Shown one piece after another: positions 58,571 through 64,000 of a stretch of DNA of 64,000 nucleotides. How positions within the stretch are numbered: position 1 is the stretch's first letter; every line of letters starts with the position of its first letter. Both the position numbers and the translations under genes were made by a program. The notes under the pieces were generated by a model. The model saw only the letters and a list, made by a program, of their open reading frames with translations, had not been told where the DNA came from and did no database searches. This DNA is from Chloroflexi bacterium ADurb.Bin180 (lineage in GTDB: Bacteria > Chloroflexota > Anaerolineae > UBA2200). The stretch is taken from NCBI GenBank assembly GCA_002070215.1, contig MWCV01000002.1:34952-98951 (forward strand), written 5' to 3'.

Positions 58571-59896
58571 TCATAGCGACAGGGCCGGGCAGATGTCCCC
58601 TCCGTGAGTGATCACCAGCACCTTGGCATCGCGACCCTGGCGAGCCAAGGCCCTGTCCAGTCCTTCTTGAACCGTGTTGGCCCGCGAATGCCCAACGACG
58701 GCAAGCTGAGCATCGCTCATGCAGGTACAAACACTCACCCAGGCCAGTTCGTTGATCCGCGCCGCAACCACAGCCGTATTGACACCCGCCAGGTCGGACA
58801 GACCCATCTCCCTGGCCCGCAATCGCATCTCGCGCGAAGGCATCCCGGCCAACGCGGCTATGGTGCGTTCATGCTCAAGTTCGCCGGCAATGCCCTCCGG
58901 GCAGGGAGACGCCAAGACAATATCGCCGCCGCGCTTGACGATCAGCTCTGCCGCAAACAACCCCTTGATCCCCTGCCAGTAGTCGATATCCGAGGGATAG
59001 GAGCTCACCACAACGATGTCGGCCAGGGCACGCACCGGGCGCACCCAGATCGGCCGCGCCAGTTCCACACTCCTGCGGTGTGCCGCCAGCGAATCGCCAG
59101 CGACGATGTGCACAAACTCGCTGCGTCGGTTCAACACGCAACACACGGCCATGTCCAGTCTTACCGAGCGCACGATCTGCTCGATTTCCAACCTCAATGG
59201 GTTGTCCAACCGACCCAGATGCGGCATAGGGCTCATCATGCACAGGGCATGAGTGTGATTCGTCGTATCCTCACCGCTGACGCCCGGCTGAATCATCTTG
59301 GCCCCACCAGCCCAGCCGGCCAGGCAGTGCGGCACGGTCGTGCCGATGGAAATGACCAAATCCGACTCGACCAGCAGCCGATTGACCTTGATCGGCGTAC
59401 CGTTCACAGTCCTGCCCAGATCGACCAGGGTCTCGGCGTCCGACCAGCGGTGGTTGATTACCTCATATCGGTGGGCTACCTCTGCTCCAACCTTGCGCAC
59501 AGTCTCTTCCTGGGTCAGCGGACGGTGCGTGCCGGTGGCAATCAGGAAACGTACCTGCAGGGCGTTTCGTTCCACCTCCAGCTCTTCCAGCAGCGCGGGC
59601 AGCACCTGATACACCGGCGTGGGCCTGGTGTTGTCATCAACCAGCACCAGGACCCGCTGTCCTGCCCTGACCAGGTCGCGCAGGGGCGGTTTGCCCACTG
59701 GCGAACGCAGTGCCTGGCGCATCGTCACGGCGGGGTTCCGCACGCCAGCAGCATCGCCCGGCTCCAGCACGTCGAGCAGGTTCCGGCGTGGCACGCTGAG
59801 TGACACCATCTCACTGCCGTAGGGTAGCTTGATGATTGCGTTCTCTTCCACCAGCTCTCCATTCACACGTTTTGGCGGCGTTTCCGTGAGCGGCAA
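58571..59896 (-). CDS. LarA-like protein (nickel-pincer-dependent lactate racemase family, DUF2088 plus C-terminal domain)
   Basis: IIKLPYGSEMVSLSVPRRNLLDVLEP matches the LarA N-terminus. The real start is probably a GTG near 59851-59866. The ORF-track TTG at 59896 has no SD. Confidence 0.7.
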   Translation of the reverse strand: MPLTETPPKRVNGELVEENAIIKLPYGSEMVSLSVPRRNLLDVLEPGDAAGVRNPAVTMRQALRSPVGKPPLRDLVRAGQRVLVLVDDNTRPTPVYQVLPALLEELEVERNALQVRFLIATGTHRPLTQEETVRKVGAEVAHRYEVINHRWSDAETLVDLGRTVNGTPIKVNRLLVESDLVISIGTTVPHCLAGWAGGAKMIQPGVSGEDTTNHTHALCMMSPMPHLGRLDNPLRLEIEQIVRSVRLDMAVCCVLNRRSEFVHIVAGDSLAAHRRSVELARPIWVRPVRALADIVVVSSYPSDIDYWQGIKGLFAAELIVKRGGDIVLASPCPEGIAGELEHERTIAALAGMPSREMRLRAREMGLSDLAGVNTAVVAARINELAWVSVCTCMSDAQLAVVGHSRANTVQEGLDRALARQGRDAKVLVITHGGDICPALSL

Positions 59897-59934
59897 TTGC
59901 GCGCCGTAGAGACAGATGCTATCATACGCAGGAG

Positions 59935-60852
59935 ATGATGCGCTCCATCCGCCCCAGCATACGCCTGGAGAGGGTTGCTTGCCTGTCGCGGCTTCTGGTC
60001 AGCGGCCTGCTGCTTTGCCTCTGTCTCGGCTGCGCGGCAGTCGGCCGACCCACTCCAACCCCCTATCCGACGTACACACCGCGGCCCACTTACACCTACT
60101 ACCCAACTCTTTCGCCCAACCCCACAGCCACACCGGCCAGTCTACCGCCCCGCGAGGGCTGGGAAAGGGCGCGGGTTCTCCGCGTGACGGACGGCGACAC
60201 CATCGATGTTGTGATTGGCGACAGGACATTCACCGTCCGCTACATCGGAGTGGATGCGCCAGAGATCAACGCCCCATGCTATTCCGAGGCGACCCAGTTC
60301 AATTCCTACCTGGTGCAGAGCCAGGGGCGAATTGTGTACCTGGAGCGCGACACCAGAGAGACCGATGTCTACGACCGGCTGCTGCGCTATGTCTGGCTCA
60401 TTGGCCCGGACAAGTACGTCATGGTGAACGCCGAGCTGGTCACCATGGGCTATGCCCTGGCCAAGGCCTATCCTCCCGACACCAAGTACCAGCCCTACCT
60501 CACCCAGGCGCAGGAGCAGGCCCGCCAGAACGGCTTGACAACCTGTCTCATTACTCCAACCCCTTCGCCGACCGCCACACCCGTTCCCAGTCCAACCCAG
60601 GCCACCGCAACTCCCAGGCCGCGCACCCCTACTTCCACTCCTGCTCCTGCCACCGATTGCCCACAGGGCTGCGTTTCACCGCCACCTGGTTGCACGATCA
60701 AGGGCAACATCAACTCCAGTGGCGTCAAGATCTACCACATGCCTGGCCAACGCTACTACGAGCAGACGGTCATCGACCCCAGCAGAGGCGAGCGCTGGTT
60801 CTGCACCGAACAGGAAGCCGAAGCCAACGGCTGGCGCAAGAGCAAGCAGTAG
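59935..60852 (+). CDS. Thermonuclease (SNase-like) lipoprotein with PT-rich linkers and a C-terminal Cys-containing small domain
   Basis: Lipobox LCLGCAA. SNase core WERARVLRVTDGDTIDVVIGDRTFTVRYIGVDAPE...YDRLLRYVW. C-terminal CPQGCVSPPPGCTIKGNINSSGVKIYHMPGQRYYEQT...ERWFCTEQEAEANGWRKSK. Confidence 0.8.
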   Translation: MMRSIRPSIRLERVACLSRLLVSGLLLCLCLGCAAVGRPTPTPYPTYTPRPTYTYYPTLSPNPTATPASLPPREGWERARVLRVTDGDTIDVVIGDRTFTVRYIGVDAPEINAPCYSEATQFNSYLVQSQGRIVYLERDTRETDVYDRLLRYVWLIGPDKYVMVNAELVTMGYALAKAYPPDTKYQPYLTQAQEQARQNGLTTCLITPTPSPTATPVPSPTQATATPRPRTPTSTPAPATDCPQGCVSPPPGCTIKGNINSSGVKIYHMPGQRYYEQTVIDPSRGERWFCTEQEAEANGWRKSKQ

Positions 60853-60853
60853 A

Positions 60854-62347
60854 CTAGCGCCAATCGCGAACGAGCTGCACCAGCAGTCGCACCCCAAAGC
60901 CCGTCGCACCTCGCGGCTGTAGTGCCGTCTCCTTCTCAGCGCCCGACACTCCGGCGATGTCCAGGTGCACCCAGGGCGTATCTCCGGCAAACTTGCTCAG
61001 CAGGAGTGCTGCGGTGATCGCCCCCGCAGGCCGACCGCCCGTGTTCTTCATGTCCGCAACGTCGCTCTTGATCTGCTCAGCGTACTCGGGCCAGAGCGGC
61101 ATGCGCCACACTTTTTCACCGCTCTCTCGTGAAGCTGATTCAACCCGCGATGCCAGGTCATCGTTGTTGGCGAAAAGGCCGGCACCCACATTCCCCAGGG
61201 CAACGACGCAGGCACCCGTCAGAGTTGCCAGGTCAATCATTGCCGCTGGCTTAAAGCGCTGCCCGTATCCCAGCGCGTCGGCCAGGATCAGGCGTCCCTC
61301 GGCGTCAGTGCTGATGACCTCGATGGTCTTGCCAGTGATGCTGGTCAGCACATCGCCGGGCTTGTAGGCCGTTCCGCTGGGCAGGTTTTCCGTCGCCGGA
61401 AGCAAGCCAATCACCCGCCTCGGCAGCCCCAGGGCAGCAATAGCTTTTACCGCAGCCAGCACCGCCGCGGCACCGGCCATATCGCCCTTCATCATCTCCA
61501 TACCCTGGTCGGGTTTCAGTGAGATGCCGCCACTGTCAAAAGTGATGCCTTTTCCCACCAGCACCAACGGCGCGCCCGCCTTCCCTTTGGGCTTGTATTC
61601 CACCACGATGAACCGCGCTTCCTGGGCGCTGCCCTGGGCCACACCGAGCAAGGCTCCCATTCCCAGCCGGCGCATCTCCTCCGGACCAAGGACTTGACAG
61701 CGCAGGCCACTCTCACGCGCCATCTGGCGCGCCTGCTCGGCCAATGCGCTGGGAGTAATGTAGTTGGCCGGCTCGTTGGCCAGGTCTCTGGCCCAGTTCA
61801 CCGCGGAGGCAACGGCCTGCCCAGCACGGATTCCGGCCTCGGCTGCGGCCCTGGCCTTGCTGCCGTCCAGCAGAACCAGCACTTTCTCCAAGGGTTTGGT
61901 CTCGTGCGGCTCTTTTTCGGTGCGGTGGAGGTCGGTGCGATAGCTGGCCAGGATGGCGCCCTCGGCCAACGCTTGAGCAGCTGCTTCGACCTTGAGCCTG
62001 TTTCCATCTTCCGGGACCGCCGTCGTATAGCTGGTCACCCCGATGGAGACGGCCTTGCGCGCCGCTGCGGCCGACGCCAGCCGAACGCGCTCTGTGTCCA
62101 GTTCAGCGCGCTTCCCCAGCCCGACCAGCAGAACGCGCTTGACCTTGTTGGCACCGGGGTATACGACTGACGTTTCCCCCTTGGTACCCCGAAAATCACC
62201 CCAGGAAAGCAGGTCAGTAATCCTGCCGCCAAGCGCCGAGTCGAGTGCCGCCGCCACGGTTAGCTCCTTCTCCTCCTCGAACAGACCCACCACTGCCAAC
62301 TCGGAACCTTCTTTCGCAATCGAGCCGATCTTTGCTTCGATGAGCAT
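60854..62347 (-). CDS. pepA: Leucyl aminopeptidase (M17)
   Basis: VGKGITFDSGGISLKP, NTDAEGRL (VISTDAEGRLILADALGY) and the other M17 active-site motifs. 497 aa. Confidence 0.92.
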   Translation of the reverse strand: MLIEAKIGSIAKEGSELAVVGLFEEEKELTVAAALDSALGGRITDLLSWGDFRGTKGETSVVYPGANKVKRVLLVGLGKRAELDTERVRLASAAAARKAVSIGVTSYTTAVPEDGNRLKVEAAAQALAEGAILASYRTDLHRTEKEPHETKPLEKVLVLLDGSKARAAAEAGIRAGQAVASAVNWARDLANEPANYITPSALAEQARQMARESGLRCQVLGPEEMRRLGMGALLGVAQGSAQEARFIVVEYKPKGKAGAPLVLVGKGITFDSGGISLKPDQGMEMMKGDMAGAAAVLAAVKAIAALGLPRRVIGLLPATENLPSGTAYKPGDVLTSITGKTIEVISTDAEGRLILADALGYGQRFKPAAMIDLATLTGACVVALGNVGAGLFANNDDLASRVESASRESGEKVWRMPLWPEYAEQIKSDVADMKNTGGRPAGAITAALLLSKFAGDTPWVHLDIAGVSGAEKETALQPRGATGFGVRLLVQLVRDWR

Positions 62348-62378
62348 TCATCACCCCTCTACTTGATTTTCGTTGGCC

Positions 62379-63125
62379 TTAGCTCAAACAGATGACCGCT
62401 CCGGCCACGGAACTAACGATCAGCAACTGTCCCAGCACATACGTGGTCCAGATAACATCGTTCACACCGGGCCAATCATGCCCTTGAACTTGCCAGTTAC
62501 CAAGAGCGAGGTCCGAAATCACAAACAGAGCTGCCCCGAGGCCTGCTGCAGCGAGGCGAGTCGCCAACACGGACAGATTCAGTGCCAGGCTCGTCATCAC
62601 CGCAATCACCAGCGCATAGCCCAGGCTGCCCAGATTGATCACTTTGCTGCCACCCGGTTTGCGGATGTAGTGGTTCCAGGCCCACAGCACAAACACACCC
62701 AACGGCACCAGCCAGAGTAGCAAGTACCGACACCCGTCGGAGGTCAGTTGCAGGGACAGGAAGCAGAATGCTCCCGAGTAGAGCAGATGGCCAATCCCGA
62801 ATGCCGCCATTCCGCAAACCAGCCGATTGGGCACTCGCACCAGCCGCGCCATAATCAGGTCACCCACGAAACCGCACAGCATGCCGAGGAAGATCAAGGC
62901 GGCGTATAGCTCGGCCGCATGGTCCCAGGCTCCCAGAACCAGGTGAATCAGCGCAGAGATGACCAGGATGCCCGACAGGCCGATACGCAGGGCGCGGGGA
63001 AGCCGACCGGTGCGCTCTTCATTCGGCTTGCCCACGAGCAGACCACCGGCAAGTCCGGCCAGAACAAGCGCCGCCAGGACATACACTATGCGAGCTGTAC
63101 CCGCCTCACAGGTAAGTGTTAGCAT
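62379..63125 (-). CDS. YhhN-family integral membrane protein (lysoplasmalogenase-like)
   Basis: ~8 TM helices, with the YhhN pattern including LFVISDLALG near the C-terminus. Confidence 0.6.
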   Translation of the reverse strand: MLTLTCEAGTARIVYVLAALVLAGLAGGLLVGKPNEERTGRLPRALRIGLSGILVISALIHLVLGAWDHAAELYAALIFLGMLCGFVGDLIMARLVRVPNRLVCGMAAFGIGHLLYSGAFCFLSLQLTSDGCRYLLLWLVPLGVFVLWAWNHYIRKPGGSKVINLGSLGYALVIAVMTSLALNLSVLATRLAAAGLGAALFVISDLALGNWQVQGHDWPGVNDVIWTTYVLGQLLIVSSVAGAVICLS

Positions 63126-63131
63126 AGCTGA

Positions 63132-64000
63132 CTAGAGCAGACTCACGGGATCTACGTCCACTTGCCACCCCTCCGGAAAGTCTCCACTCTCAAGAATACT
63201 GGCCGGGCGGGCACCGCGCAGGACAATCTGCCAGCGATAGCGGCCGCGGATACGCTCGAGAAAGCATGGCGCCGGGCCAATCACATCCACATCCGGCACC
63301 CCTTGACGTGCAATTCGGTCTCGGAGTTGATCGGCCAATCGTTTGGTTTCTGCAGCACATCTGTCCACGTTCGCATGGACAAACAGCAAGCGCACCAGTT
63401 GGCCATAAGGAGGATAGCCTTGCTGGCGACGGAACTCGAGCTCTTCGTGGTAAAAGGCCTCATAATCGTGCCGGCTCGCTGCCTGAATGGCATAGTTGTC
63501 TGGAGCATAAGTCTGCACGATCACCCTTCCGCCCAGTGAGCTCCTTCCCGCTCGTCCTGCCACCTGAGTCAAAAGCTGGAACGTTCTCTCCCCCGCCCTC
63601 AGGTCTGGCAGGTGCAGGGCGGTATCGGCGGTCACTACGCCCACCAGCGTCACCAGCGGCAGATCGAGGCCCTTGGCGATCATCTGCGTTCCGATGAGCA
63701 CATCGGCCTTGTGAGCCACGAACTGATCCAGAATCCCCTCGTGGGCATCCTTCCCGCCAGTAACGTCCCGATCCCAGCGCAGGATGCGCGCCTGGGGGAA
63801 CAGCTCCCGTACGAGCTGCGCTACCTTTTCGGTTCCGATGCCAAAGTAGCGAATCCGTTCGCTATCGCAACGGGGACAGCGCGATGGCGCAGGAACCCTG
63901 AGGTTGCAGTGATGACACAACAGAGCGTTCGTGTCACCATGATGGGTCAGCACCGCGCTGCAGCGCGGACATTGGACAACGTAGCCGCAGTCGCGACAGA
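63132..64000 (-). CDS. priA: Primosomal protein N' (PriA helicase), C-terminal part; the N-terminus lies beyond the right edge
   Basis: CHHCNLRVPAPSRCPRCDS Cys-rich zinc-binding region and the helicase C-terminal domain. Reverse-complement translation stays open to position 64000 (..CRDCGYVVQCPRCSAVLTHHGDT). Confidence 0.88.
   Translation of the reverse strand, partial: CRDCGYVVQCPRCSAVLTHHGDTNALLCHHCNLRVPAPSRCPRCDSERIRYFGIGTEKVAQLVRELFPQARILRWDRDVTGGKDAHEGILDQFVAHKADVLIGTQMIAKGLDLPLVTLVGVVTADTALHLPDLRAGERTFQLLTQVAGRAGRSSLGGRVIVQTYAPDNYAIQAASRHDYEAFYHEELEFRRQQGYPPYGQLVRLLFVHANVDRCAAETKRLADQLRDRIARQGVPDVDVIGPAPCFLERIRGRYRWQIVLRGARPASILESGDFPEGWQVDVDPVSLL

Overview
This 64-kb window is high-GC bacterial chromosome (my estimate is about 60-65% GC). 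I found no rRNA, tRNA, CRISPR array or mobile element. The promoter style (repeated TTGACA-17/18-TAGAAT or TATAAT elements, some leaderless), the Pro/Thr-rich linkers, an ino1 gene and very large surface proteins suggest a Chloroflexota-like organism, but that is inference only. I can support about 38 protein-coding genes.

Two housekeeping stretches flank the window. At 0-10.7 kb: EF-G (N-terminus, runs off the left edge), a RodZ-like protein, rimO, a PLP enzyme, a GH13 amylase-family enzyme, mutY, surE and rseP. At 34.8-64 kb: a FemAB-family protein, ino1, ychF, dtd, a ChlI-like AAA+ ATPase with a vWA partner, an ECF transporter, PBP1A, rpoC, a LarA-like protein, pepA and priA (partial).

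Between them lies a ~24-kb accessory block (10.7-34.7 kb). It encodes a secreted M6 (InhA-like) metalloprotease, a subtilase, and two co-directional giant surface proteins of 1,666 aa and about 4,300 aa. The giants are built from right-handed beta-helix units, bacterial Ig-like (Big_1) domains, DUF11 repeats, a shared N-terminal beta-sandwich, and a recurrent ~115-aa module that I cannot assign to any family (six copies in total). This is the most unusual content in the window.

Other notable points:
- The ChlI-like ATPase gene is separated from its vWA (ChlD C-terminal-like) partner by an A10 tract. A single-nucleotide slip there would fuse the two into a canonical ChlD-length protein.
- rpoC, PBP1A, an HDAC-family deacetylase and a FemAB/CelD-like acyltransferase form a compact co-directional cluster.
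- There are several near-consensus promoters and GC-rich terminator hairpins.
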